Source: the human T2T-CHM13v2.0 reference genome, Homo sapiens. From it: 64,000 bases of DNA. The stretch lies in assembly GCF_009914755.1 (NCBI RefSeq), contig NC_060934.1; one strand, 5' to 3'. The notes beneath the pieces were generated by a model. The model was not told where the DNA came from, searched no databases, and was given only the letters and a program-made list of their open reading frames with translations. Of this stretch, positions 30,669-43,250 are shown piece by piece. Position 1 is the first letter of the stretch; each line of letters starts with the position of its first letter. The translations under genes and the position numbers were made by a program.

Positions 30669-30921
30669 AGCCTGGGTAACATAGTGAGACCCCATCTCCA
30701 CACACACACATACACACACTCACAAATACAAAAATTACCACACATGGTGGTGCTTGCCTGTAATCCTAGCGACTCAGGAGGCTGAGGTGGGAGAATCACT
30801 TGAGTCCAGGAGGTTGAGGCTGCAGTGAATCCTGATCATGCCACTGAACTCCATTCTGGGCAATAGAGCAAGACCCTGTTTCAAGAAAAAACAAAACAAA
30901 AAAAGAAAATAAACAAAAAAA
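30669..30921 (+). mobile_element. 5'-truncated AluJ-like element with a (CA)n expansion in the central A-linker
   Basis: agcctgggtaacatagtgagaccccatctc(CA)n...gaggttgaggctgcagtga followed by an A-rich tail. Confidence 0.9.
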
Positions 30922-32285
30922 CTTTCATCAAGTTGACATTCATGTTTTCCCATCAAGTAGGGATTTTTGTTTATTCTGTGGTCTGTGCCTCTAAATATAT
31001 CCACATCTTACCACAGATGTGGATCATCTCTAAAGGGTTTAATCTATCCCTGCTTTTAATTCATTCTGACACAGTCATGATAACCACATGAAGTGTATTA
31101 CTTTCCCTTGAAATTCAAACAGGTTATTTCTGAGGATTGTGACTGCATTTTCTACCTGTAGAGCTGAAGAGGCTGATCCTTATTCATTTATTCAACTACT
31201 ACCAGCTTGTAATATTTTTTCAATAGCAAACAACAAACGAACAACAAGCAAAAACAGATCTGTTTCTGTGCCATTATCTTCTTGGTGCACTGAAAGCATG
31301 TCCCTGTTTGATATATACCAATGATTTTTTTAAAAAAGATAGAAATCTTGGGAGGTCTGGACACAGGTGGTGTAGGACTCATGGCAGATTTATTTGCCTT
31401 ACATAAGTCTTAATTTTCAAGCTTCCTGGATACCTTAATTGTGACTGTCAGTGTTGCACTGGTTCGTATATAGAAACACATTGTTCCACCTGCTACTTAC
31501 ATTTATTTGAAAGTAAATTCACAGTGATGAGGAATTTATGAAAAGTATATTTTGTTTATTTTGATGTTATAAAAAGTTACACATGTAAAACTGATTTATT
31601 AAAACATGCTATGTGTCCAAAAATAAAGACCAAAATGACATTGCAGAAAGAAAAATATGAATATAGAAATCTCTATAAATGAATTTTCAAGCTACCTCAC
31701 CTAATATAAATAGCCATGATGCATTGGTTTCTATTTGGTGTAGTATTTCCCAGGACTTGTTTTAGTTTTTTCACCTACCCAAAACCTGCTCATTTTAGCA
31801 AATGGATTTTAGTTGTGTCAAACTTGCATATTATTCAACATGAGGTTAAATGGTCCAGTGCTAAAAATAAAATAAATAAAAAATAAATAAATAAAAATAG
31901 TTCAGTTCCTTTCGTGTTTACTCATTTTTACAGGATGGTATTAGCACAGAAAAGGTCTGATTTCACTGTTCTTTGTAATGAATAAAATACGTGGGAAATG
32001 TGAAGAACTTATGTAAGCCCTTTTGTCTTGGTCTCACTGAAGAGCTTTAATTTTATTCTTACTTTATAATCCTGGAGATGTCAACTGGCCCCATGACACT
32101 TTTCATGGACTTTATACTTTATAGAGACCAAGGACTTCAAAGTCTGTTAGGATAACATTAAAAATAAAGGCCCAAGGCTAGCAAACTTCAACATTACTAT
32201 TTCCTGTGCTGCTACGGTGATGTACAGAGAAGCATGTTTTCTTAGCATTCAAGCATAATTTAAAACCACTCTGCACTAACAGCAT

Positions 32286-32635
<350 letters not shown>

Positions 32636-34004
32636 AGCATATCATATTTATATTCTGAATTTTCACATATTAGACACCGGAGTTTTCTTATAATATTATT
32701 TGGATATATTTTTATATCCCAATTTTTATGAAAAAGCCATCTCTTAGATGGAAGCACAACTTTAGTTTAACTTCTATTTCATAATTTTTGTGACTAAAAT
32801 ACAATATTTTTGCTTTTTATCTGTTGATAATCTTTACCCTGTCTGGAAGTAGAATGCAAATTCCTTTTTTAATTTACTTTTCTGAAGTCTGGGCATAGTT
32901 AGGATTTATGAAAGAAAAAAGAAATCAGATGCTCAGATGAAAACTTCTTATTTGTTTTTGATGCGAATCAGTGAATAAACTAAAAATCTGGAAACACAGA
33001 AAAAGAGCTATGGGCATTAATACCATTTAGAGATATTTAAATTCAAAAGATAAATGATTTAGGACATGTTTGGAAGGGACATATTATTCATAGATGGTCT
33101 CAATTCATTAGGAATAATATTTTTTATAGGAATTAGATTCCTAAATTAATTTATTGCTGCTCAAGACTGTGTAGAACTCCACATCCTTTTATATATTTTA
33201 AACCTATTAGGTTTCTTTATAAAAAGTTCTTCAGTAATAGAAGAATGGTTAACATAAACGTGTTAAGAAACAAAATTTTTTTTAAAGATTCAAGATAAAG
33301 TTTATATTTTATAGTTTCCATTTAAGAAGTATATCTAGTTTATGTTTTCATTTTTCTAAGCAGTGTATATAATGTTTTCATTTTTTATAATTGGATTTGT
33401 GCTGACAGAGCCAAACATTTCCCCTGTTCCTCCTATGACCAAAGACATATTAGTAACTCTAAGGTAAGAGGCAAACCGTACGGCCAGGGAGCCAATTAAA
33501 GTTAGCTGGCAAGTAATGAGATGGAATTCATGATGTTGGACTTCTAACAAGTGCTCCAGCCAACTAACTTACATGCTTTTAAAGAATTCGACTTTGTCTT
33601 CTCTCTCTTAGGCAAATTCTGGGCCATCATTTCAGTTCATTAGAAGAGAACAAACCCAGAGAATATATATGGAAAATCTAAAGAAAATACAAACTAATAA
33701 ACAGTTGCAGCTATAAAAATCTTTCAACTTTTTGGCAGAGTTTTATCCATGTTGGAAGGGATGAGATACTTAGACTGACCTAAGAGTGCTTTGTGAAGAA
33801 GCTGAGTTGGCAGTGGTGTAGAGAAGGAAGGCTGGAACTTGAATGAGTGGAGAGAAGAAACACCTTGTCTTAACAAAAATTAAAAAAAAAAAAAGATGCC
33901 CCTCATTGTGGCAAAAGCATTATAGAAGTCTAAGAGAATGGCAAATTCAATGATGAATAAAGTTAAACATTTTGTGTAAAATATTAGAAGTGTATTCAGC
34001 TAAC

Positions 34005-34481
34005 TAGGGGTTATTAATCTTTTTTGTGCTAGGGACCCCTTTGGAAGTCTGCTGTGTATGGACCTCATTTCAGAATATTTTTAAGTGCATAAAATACACT
34101 ACTTTCGACTACCAAAACAACTATTTATATTGAGAATCAATAACTAAAATAATATAAAATAAATTTGTGATTTACTAATAGGTGTTATTTCTATTTAACA
34201 CATTAAATAATAAGACCTAACAGTATGTCTAATAACTACCATGAGTTTAAGGGAGTGATGAGACTAAGCAATGTTTAAAGCTATTTGCAACAATTGTCAT
34301 ACAGTAAGTAAACTTTTTTTTTTATTGGTGACAATGTCCATAATACTCTTAAACTAACGTGATTTGTTACTGTTGTTTGTTACCACACTTCAACTAGAGG
34401 TTAGTAAAAATAACGATGTATATATTATTTTTCTTATCCAAGTTCACAGATCCCTGAGTTCTATTAGGGTAAGAACCTCTG
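34005..34481 (+). mobile_element. MER119-like hAT-Charlie element
   Basis: Inverted termini taggggttattaatc ... ggtaagaacctctg, and internal gacccctttggaagtctg...tttaagtgcataaaata. Confidence 0.75.
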
Positions 34482-35067
34482 AGCTAGACCATGAGGTTTG
34501 AATAAGAGAATGTCAGAGATGAAGACTCAAACTCAGATTAATTTAGAGAAGATCTGTATTCATGGAAATACTAGACACACATAGCTAGCAATATGAATTT
34601 GACTCCAGAGAAACCAGTTTGAACTTCTTAACAGGGGGATACTTTATCAGAATTGCATCCAATAAATTATTCTTTTCTCTTTGCAGTATAGTTTGATAGC
34701 AGAGAATCCAGGTCAACAAGGGCTTAAGGCAGAGTTTCAGTTAAGAAATAGATACACTTGTGTGGATTAACTGTGCTCACAATAAGTATTTGTATCATCA
34801 ATTGCATGACTTAAAGATAATTTGACGTTCTTTGAAAGTGAGGTTAGGAAGTGATGGATGGTAATTTTGGAAGGCAAAAGAGGTTATTACAGTTGGTGAA
34901 ACATGTGTTATAATTGTCCAAAAGTGAATAGGAGAGAATTACTGAAGGAAGAGTGAGAAGTCAAAGCATCTCTAATTCTTAATCTTTTCATAAAAGATAT
35001 TATTATATTAATGGAATTAGTGACAAATCTTATAATTGAACAATTACTATGTACCTGTGCTAATCTT

Positions 35068-35333
35068 TATTTTTAACAACTTTATTGAGATATAATTCAC
35101 ATGCCATACAATTTACCCATTTAAGGTGTTCAAATCAGTGTCTTTTAGCATATAAACAAACTTGTGCATTCATCACCACAGTCAAACTTAAAATATTCTC
35201 ATTACCCTAAAAAGAAATTGTAGCTGTTATACCCAATTTTTCCACTTCTCCTAGTCATAGGGAACCCTAGTCTACCATCTGTCTATACTGCAGATTTAGC
35301 TAGTCTAGACATTTTATATAAATGGAATTATAT
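35068..35333 (-). mobile_element. L1MB-type 3' end, left piece (host of the nested insertion)
   Basis: tttttaacaactttattgagatataattcacatgccatacaatttacccattt...gacattttatataaatggaattata. It continues at 40643. Confidence 0.85.
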
Positions 35334-36787
35334 TGCTCTGGCTAGGACTTTGGGACTATATTGAATAGAAGTAGTACAAGTGGGGATCCTTGTCTTTTTT
35401 CAGTTCTCAGGGGGAATGCTTTCAACTTTTCCCCATTCAGTGTGGTGTTGGCTGTGCGTTTGTCATAGATGGCTTTTATTACCTTGAGGTATGTCCCTTT
35501 CTATGCTGATTATGTTGAAGGTTTTAATCATAAAGGAATGGCAGTTCTGTCAAATGCTTTTTCTGTGTCTGTTGAGATGATCATATGATTTTTGTTTTTA
35601 ATTCTGCTTATGTGATATAATACATTTATTGACTTGCGTATGTGAAACCATCACTGCATCCCTGGTATAAAACCCACTTGATCATGGTGGATTATCTTTT
35701 TCATATGCTGTTGGATTCGGTTAGCTAGTATTTTGTAGAAAATTGTTGCATCTGTGTTCATCAGGGATATTGGTCTGTAGTTTTATGTTTTAATTATGTC
35801 CCTTCTTGGTTTTGGTATTAGGGTGATATTGGCTTCATAGAATGATTTGGGAAGGACTTCCTCTTTCTATATGTTTTGTAATAGTTTCAGTAAGATTTGT
35901 ACCAATTCATCTTTGAATGTCTGATAGAATTCAGCTGTGAATCTAACTATTTCTACAATTTTTTTTGTTGGTAATTCTTAAATTACCATTTCAATCTCAC
36001 TGTTTGTTATTGGTCTGCTCAGAATTTCTATTTCTTTCTGGTTTAATCTAGGAGGTTTGCATATTTCCAGGCATTTATCCATCTCCTTTAGATGTTCTAG
36101 TTTGTGCACATAAAGGTGTTCATGGTAGCCTTGAATGATCCTTTGTATTTCTGTGGTATTGGTTATAATATCTCCCATTCCATTTCTAACTGAGCTTATT
36201 TGGATCTTCTCTCTTCTCTTCTTCATTAATCTCACTAAATGGTCTATCAGTTTGGTTTATCCTTTCAAATAACAAAATTTTTGTTTCATTTATCTTTTGT
36301 ATTTTTTGTTGTTTTTGTTGTTGTTCATTTATTTCAGTTTCATTTAATTCAGCTCTGATCTTTGTGATTTCTTTGATTCTGCTGGATTTGGGTTTGGTTT
36401 GTTCCTGTTTCTCTAGTTCCTTGAGGTGTGATCTTAGGTTGTATATTTGTGCTCTTTCAGACTTTTTAATGTAGTCATTCAATGCTATGAACTTTCCCCT
36501 TAGCACTTCTTTTGCTGTATCCCAAAGGTTTTGATAAGTTGTGTACTATTATCATTCAGTTCAAATATTTTTTTAATTTCCATCTTGGTTTCATTATTGA
36601 CCCAAAGACCATTTAAAATCAGATTAATTTCCATGTATTTGTATAGTTTTGAGGGTTCTTTTTGGAGTTAATTTCCAGTTTTATTCCACTGTGGTCTGAG
36701 AGGACACTTGATATAATTTTTACTTTGTTAAGTTTATTGAGATGTATTTTGTGACCTATCCTATGGTCCATCTTGGAGAATATTCCA
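35334..36787 (-). mobile_element. L1PB ORF2 segment, inverted 5' part of a twin-primed insertion
   Basis: Minus-strand ORF-track peptides ([41 protein letters not shown]) are L1 ORF2p remnants. Confidence 0.92.
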
Positions 36788-39700
36788 GATAAGAGAAAGA
36801 AATAAAGGGCATCCAAATTGGTAAAGAGGAAGTTAAACTGTTGTTGTCCATTGATGATATGATTGTATACCTAGAAAACTCTAAAGACTCATCCAAAAAG
36901 CCCTGGATATGATAAATGAATTCAGGAAAGTTTGAGGATACAAAATCAATGTACACAAATCAGTAGCACTGCTATACACCAACAGTGACCAAGCTGAGAG
37001 TCAAATCAAAAACTCAAACCATTTTACAACAGCTGCTCAAAAATAAAATGCTTAGGAATATACCTAACCAAAGAGGTGAAAGATCTCTGCAAAGAAACTT
37101 ACAAAACACTGCTGAAAGAAATCATCAACAGCACAAACAAATGGAAACACATCCCATGCTCATCGATGGGTAGACAAATATTGTGAAAATGACCATACTG
37201 CCAAAAGCAATCTAAGGATTCAATGCAATTCCCATCAAAATACCATCAGTGTTCTTCATAAAGCTAGAAAAAAACAACCCTAAAATTTATATGGAACTAA
37301 AAATGAGCCTGCCTAGCTAAAGCAAGGCTAAGCAAAATCGCAAATCTGGAGGTATCACATTACCCAAATTCAAACTATACTACAAGGCTACAGTTACCAA
37401 AATAGCATGGTACTGGTAAAAAAAAATAGGCCATAGACCAATGGAACAGAATAGAGAACCCAGAAGTAAAGTAAAATTCTTACAGCCAACTGATCTTTGA
37501 CAAAGCAAACAAAAACATCAAGTGGCAAAAGGACACTTGTATTAGTCTGTTCTCACACTGATAATAAAGACATACCTGAGACTGGGTAATTTATAAGGAA
37601 AAGAGGTTTAATTGACTCACAGTTCCACATGGCTGGGGAGGCCTCATAATCATGGTGGAAGCAAAAGAGGAGCAAAGTCATGTCTTACATGATGGCAGGC
37701 AAGAGAAACTGAGAGCCCAGTGAAAGGGAAAACCCTTTATCTAACCATAAGATCTCATTAAACTTATTCACTACCATGAGAACAGTATGGGGAAAATCAC
37801 CACCATGATTCAGTTATCTCCCACTGGGTCCCTCACATAACATGTGGGAATTATGGGAGCTACAATTCAAGATGAGATTTGGGTGGGGAAGAACCAAACC
37901 ACATCATTGTGCACTTGACCCCTCCCAAATCTCAGGTCCTCACATTTCAAAACCAATCATGCCTTCTCAACAGTCCCCCAACATCTTATCTCATTTCAGC
38001 ATTAACTCAAAATTCCAAAATTCGAAGTTTCATCTGAGACAAAGCAAATCCTTTTCATGTATGTATGCATTCCCATACATCCTCTGAAATCTAGGCAGAG
38101 GTTCCCAAACCTCAATCCTTGACTTCTGTGCATCCACAGACTCAACACCACATGGAAGCTGCCAAGGCTTGGGGCTTGCACCCTCTGAAGCCACAGCCCA
38201 AGCTCTACCTTGGCCTCTTTAGCCATGGCTTCAGCAGCTGAGATGCAGGGCACCAAGTCCCTAGGCTGCACATAGCAGAGGGTCCTTGGGCCCAGCCCAT
38301 GAAACCATTTTTTCCTCATGGGCCTCCAGGCCTGTGATGGGAGGAGCTACCTCAAAGGTCTCTGACATGCCCTGTAGATATTTTCCCCATTGTTTTGGTG
38401 ATTAACATTTGGCTCCTCATTACTTATTCAAATTTCTGCGGCCAGCTTGAATTTCTCCTCAAAAAATGGGTTTTTCTTTCCTATCGCATAGTCAGGGTGC
38501 AAATTTTCTGCTCTTTTTCCCTTTTAAAACTGAATGCTTTTAACAGCACCTAAGTCACTTCTTGAATGCTTTGCTGCTTATAAATTTCTTCTGCCAGATA
38601 CCCTAAATCATCTCCCTCAAGTTCAAAGTTCCACAAACCTCTAGGACAGGGGCAAAATGCCACCAATCTCTTTGCTAAAACATAGCAACAGTCACTTTTA
38701 TTCCAATTCCCAACACGTTCCTCATCTCCATCTGAGACCACATCAGCCTGGACTTTATTGTCCATATCACTGGCAGCATTTTGGTCAAAGCCATTCAACA
38801 AGTTTCTAGGAAGTTGCAAACTTTCTCACTTCTTCCTGTCTTCTGAGCCCTCCAAGTCTCTAGGAAGTTCCAAACTTTCCCACGTTTATCTGTCTTCTTC
38901 TGAGCCCTGAAAGCTGTTCCAACCTCTGCCTGTTACCCAATTTGAAAGTCACTTCCACGTTTTTGGGTATCTTTACAGCAGCACCCAACTCCTGGTACCA
39001 ATTCACTATGTTAGTCTGTTCTCATGCTGCTAATAAAGACATACCTGAGACTGGGTAATTTATAAAGAAAAGAGGTTTAATTGACTCACAGTTCCACATG
39101 GCTGGGGAGGCCCCATGATCATGGTGAAAGTGAAGGAAGAGCAAAGTCGCATCTCACATGGTGGTGGACAAGAGAGAATGAGAGCCAAGTGAAAGGGGAA
39201 ATCCCTTATAAAACCATCAGATCTCATAAGACTTATTCACTACCGGGAGAACAGTATGGGGGAAACCGCCCCCCATGATTTAATTATCTCCCACTAGGTC
39301 TCTCCCAAAACACGTGGGAATTGTGGGAGCTTCAATTCAAGATGAGATTTGGGTGAGGACACAGCCAAACCATATCAACACACTATTCAATAAATGGTGC
39401 TGGGATAATTGTCAAGCCACATATGGAAGAATGAAACTGGATCCTCATCTCTCACCTTATACAAAAATTAACTCAAAATATATCAAAGACTTACATCTAA
39501 GACCTGCAACCATAAACATTCTAGAAAATAACATAGGAAAAAAAAACACTTTTAGATATTGGCTTAGGCAAAGAATTCATGACAAAGAACCCAAAAGCAA
39601 ATGCAACAAAACCAAAAATAAATAGATGGGACCTAATAAACTAAAAAGCTTCTGCACAGCAAAAGAAATAATCAGTATTTTTTAGACAACACAGAGTGGG

Positions 39701-40626
39701 AAAAAATATTCACAAACTATGCTTCTGACAAAGGACTAATATCCAGAATCTACAAGGAATTCAAACCAGCAAGTACAAAACCAAATAATCCTGTCAAAAA
39801 GTGAGCTAAGGACATGAATAAACAATTCTCAAAAGAATATATACACTCTGCCAACAAACATGAAAAAATGCTCAACATCACTAATTATTAGGAAATGCAA
39901 ATGAAAACCACAAAGAGATACCACCTTACTCCTACAAGAATGGCCACAATAAAAACAGTCAAAAAACATTAAACGTTGGCATGGATGTGGTGAAAAGGCA
40001 ACACTTTTACACTGCTAGCAGGAATATAAACTAGTATAACCCCTATGGAAAACAGTATGGGGATTCCTTAAAGAACTGTAAGCAGATCTACCATTCAATC
40101 CAGCATTCTCACTACTGAAGATGAAAAGAAGTCATTACATGAAAAAGACACTTGCACACACATGTTTATAGCAGCACAATGTGCATTTACAAAAATATGG
40201 AACCAGCCTAAATGTCCATCAATCAATGAGTGGATAAAGAAAATGTAGTATATATACACTATGGGTTACTACTCAGCTGTAAAACAAAATGAAATAATGG
40301 CATTCGCAGCAACCTGGATGGAGTTGGAGACCATTATTCTAAGTGAAGTAACTCAGGAATAGAAAATCAAATATGGTATGTTCTCACTTATAAGTGGGAG
40401 CTAAGCTATAAGGACACAAAGACATAAGAATGATATAATAGACTTTGGGGACTCAGTGGGGAGGGGGAAAGGCAGGAAGGAATAAGAGACTACATATTGG
40501 ATGCAGTGTACGCTGCTCAGGTGATGGGTGAACCAAAATCTCAGAAATCACCACTGAAGAACTTATCCATGTAACCAAAAACCACTTGTTCACCAAAAAC
40601 TATTGAAATAAGATAAAATACCAAAA
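36786..40626 (+). mobile_element. L1PB (L1PB1-like) ORF2 3' part and 3'UTR in sense orientation, interrupted by THE1
   Basis: Starts gagaaagaaataaagggcatccaaattgg and contains NTLFNKWCWDN...MKLDPHLSPYTKINS. The 3'UTR reads gctcaggtgatgggtgaaccaaaatctcagaaatcaccact...aactattgaaataa. Confidence 0.93.
37538..39377 (-). mobile_element. Two-LTR THE1 (THE1C-like) MaLR element: LTR 37538-37906, internal 37907-39006, LTR 39007-39377
   Basis: Two ~370-bp direct LTRs and a THE1-int region (peptide RNLLNGFDQNAASDMDNKVQA). The 5-bp TSD acact/acaca splits the L1 sequence ggacaccctattc. Confidence 0.93.
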
Positions 40627-40642
40627 ATAAACAGAATTATAT

Positions 40643-40780
40643 AACATGTGGTTCTTGTGACAGACTTCTTTCACTTAGCATATTTTTAAGCTTCATTCAC
40701 GTTGTAGCACGTTTCAGCAGGTCATTCTTTATTATGGCTGAATACCATTCTATATTTTGTTTATTCAGTCATCAGTTGAT
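40643..40780 (-). mobile_element. L1MB-type 3' end, right piece
   Basis: aacatgtggttcttgtgacagacttctttcacttagcat...ttcattcacgttgtagca directly continues 35068-35333. Confidence 0.85.
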
Positions 40781-41529
40781 AAAGCTCTTCTTACGCATTA
40801 GTCTACCATCTTCCTTGACTGCCAGATAGAGGATTGTTCAGCAGTTTTTTCTTACCCTCAGTTTTTCCTTATTCTTGAGTCCTCCTTATTTTGTCCTCAA
40901 TGGTGCTGGAGGACAAAGGTCATCATTCTCTGTCTGGGTAGCGACTTTCAAAGCAAGTCCTCTCACCCCCAACCTTCCCCAGGACATTTGTATAATTGCT
41001 TTTGAGAAAATAAGATTAAAAGCATTCTTTTTCATCTTATTAAGCAGATGTTTAGTATTTTTTGCAGGGTATGTGGTTATTCTTCATCTTAGTTTGTTCT
41101 TTGTTTTAAAACAATGTGCAGGTAGATAAGTGCTTGTTGTACACTCTGGAGAATCCTAACCTCATAAAATGGGAAAAAATACATATATCACATCAAGCGC
41201 AGATATTTTAAACTGTCAAGTAACAATTCTCATGGTAGGAAATGTATTATACCACTGGGTGAAGTAAGTTATAGTCCAGAAATGCTTTTAATAAGTGGAG
41301 TAGGAGGTTGATACTTTGAATTATTGTTGTTTCTATTTTCTGGATGTTACATGAAATGAAATTAAAATGTAGTCCTAAGGCTTTCACACAAGCATGCTCA
41401 CAGGAATAGTGACTAACATTTTGACTAACATTCCAACATATTCATCAATGAGTATTTAATAACCCTTTTTTTTTTTTACAACCAGATATGCTATGAATTA
41501 AATAACTGTTCCCTCGATTAGTTTATGCT

Positions 41530-41690
41530 AATATTAACAGAAAGCTTCATCACACACAAAGATCTTTCACATAAATTTTATATATTAATACTGTGAAGCA
41601 GGTAGTTATTATTCCCATTGCATTGTTGTAGAAACTGAGAGCCAAAGGTTCAAAGCATCCAAGAGCAGTGAAGCCAGGATATCTGCTAAG
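41530..41690 (-). mobile_element. MIR SINE
   Basis: ctgtgaagcaggtagttattattcccatt...gaaactgaga. Confidence 0.6.
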
Positions 41691-41802
41691 AACTTTGTGT
41701 ATTTTGTTTCCTTTTTCTGCCTAAGAGCCATGACAAAGCTAAACAAATGGACTTAGAAAAAGGACATGTAATCTCTGATTGAAGCAACATCTTGTTGACA
41801 GT

Positions 41803-41996
41803 ACAGTTGTCCCTTGAACAACACAGGATTGAGCTTCACGGGTCTACTTATATGTAGGTATTTTTCAACCAAACATGGATCGAAACTACAGAAACCCACA
41901 CATAAGGAGGAATGACTGCAACACTTGAGTATTCATGGACTTTGATATACATAGGTGTCATGGAACCAATCCCCAGGTATATTGAAGAATGACTCT
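41803..41996. mobile_element. Tigger2-family MITE (MER2B-like), internally deleted
   Basis: TA|cagttgtcccttgaacaacacagg...ggaaccaatccccaggtatattgaagaatgact. Confidence 0.75.
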
Positions 41997-42569
41997 ATTC
42001 ACTTTCTAATGCCTTGAAATTTAGATGAAATTGGATTTAGTATTCATTTGACATCTTGTGAAATGACCTTAAGATACATGCAAATTCCTGAGTCCTTAGT
42101 TTCTCACATTAATATAATTTGCACAATTACTCCAAATCTCCTGCCTTTTAACTTTCCTCATCACTCCTTCATCATATCCTGACCCCTCTATTCTTTGACG
42201 TACCTAAGCAGTAGATCTTCCCTCAAGCTTTCATCTTCCCCCAAACCCCTCACACAAGAAATTAGTATGAAACAGACTTTACTAAGAATTTGGAGAGAGG
42301 GGTAGGACATTCATTCTGGCAACAAATAATTGAATACTGTATATTAGACATCCTTTTTACCAAGTCTTTCAGTCTCTGAAGTATGAGACTTTCCCACTGG
42401 CTTCTTTCTCTGTAACCTCTAGCTTCTTCATTTTTCCTGTATGTTTATGACTCTGCTCTTTTTCCCTTCTAAATTTTATGAACCATGACCTAGAGGCCTG
42501 CTTATCCCCACTTAAAACTGCTTCTCAATGTATTTTATTTTTTATAAGAAAGAAAATTTTCTCTTTAAA

Positions 42570-42760
42570 AACTACTCAACGTATATATTCTTTGTCTTGC
42601 TACATGTATTATCTAATTCAGTTATCATAACCCTAGGAAACAAGATACTATTATCCCAAATATGTAGTGAGGTAATCCATGCACAGAGAGTTAGATAAGT
42701 TATCTAAGTTTCCACAGTCAGTCAATGGTGGAGCCAGGATCTGAAATTCTCAAGTATGTG
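42570..42760 (-). mobile_element. MIR SINE
   Basis: cataaccctagg...tattatccc...gcacagagagttagataagtt...gtggagccaggatctgaa. Confidence 0.7.
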
Positions 42761-43052
42761 TGGAGAAAGGATGTTACTCTAACATCAGTAGAGTGTCTTC
42801 ATAAGCTTAGAAATTTCTGTAATTACTTCTAATTTCAGGTGACATCTGCTGTGGAAAATTATTCAGTAAAGTAGCTTTGTGGCTTTATTCAATCTGCTGG
42901 CAACATGATTTAGTTAAATATGCAACCTGATGCTGCCCTTTTATCTAGGTTGTAATTTACATTTGGTGGAAGTTAATATGATAAATAGTGGAAGTCAAAG
43001 TTTTCCCTTGAAATATAGAGTATTTTGTATGCTCATGGATTTTTGTTTACAT

Positions 43053-43250
43053 CAGGACTTCTCAACTCTGGCACTACTGACACTGGGCTGAATAGTTCTT
43101 TCTTGTGGGGGCACTGTCTTCTGCATTATAACTGCAGCCCTAGCCTCAACCCACTAAATGCCAGAGGACCCCCTGGTTGTGACAACCAGGAATGTTTCCA
43201 GATATTACCAAATGTACCCTTAGGGGTAAAATTGCCCCCAGTTGAGATCT
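43053..43250 (-). mobile_element. MER20 DNA transposon
   Basis: caggacttctcaactctggcactactgaca...gtgacaaccaggaatgtttccagatattaccaaatgtaccct...aaattgcccccagttgaga. Confidence 0.85.

Noticed and set aside
38800-38910. ~55-bp tandem duplication within THE1-int
   Set aside because: As I recall, it is shared by many THE1 internal sequences, so it is probably inherited from the source element rather than locus-specific.
35978-39625. L1 ORF2-like peptides as a functional reverse transcriptase
   Set aside because: The element is fragmented by frameshifts and stops, 5'-truncated, inverted and interrupted by THE1.
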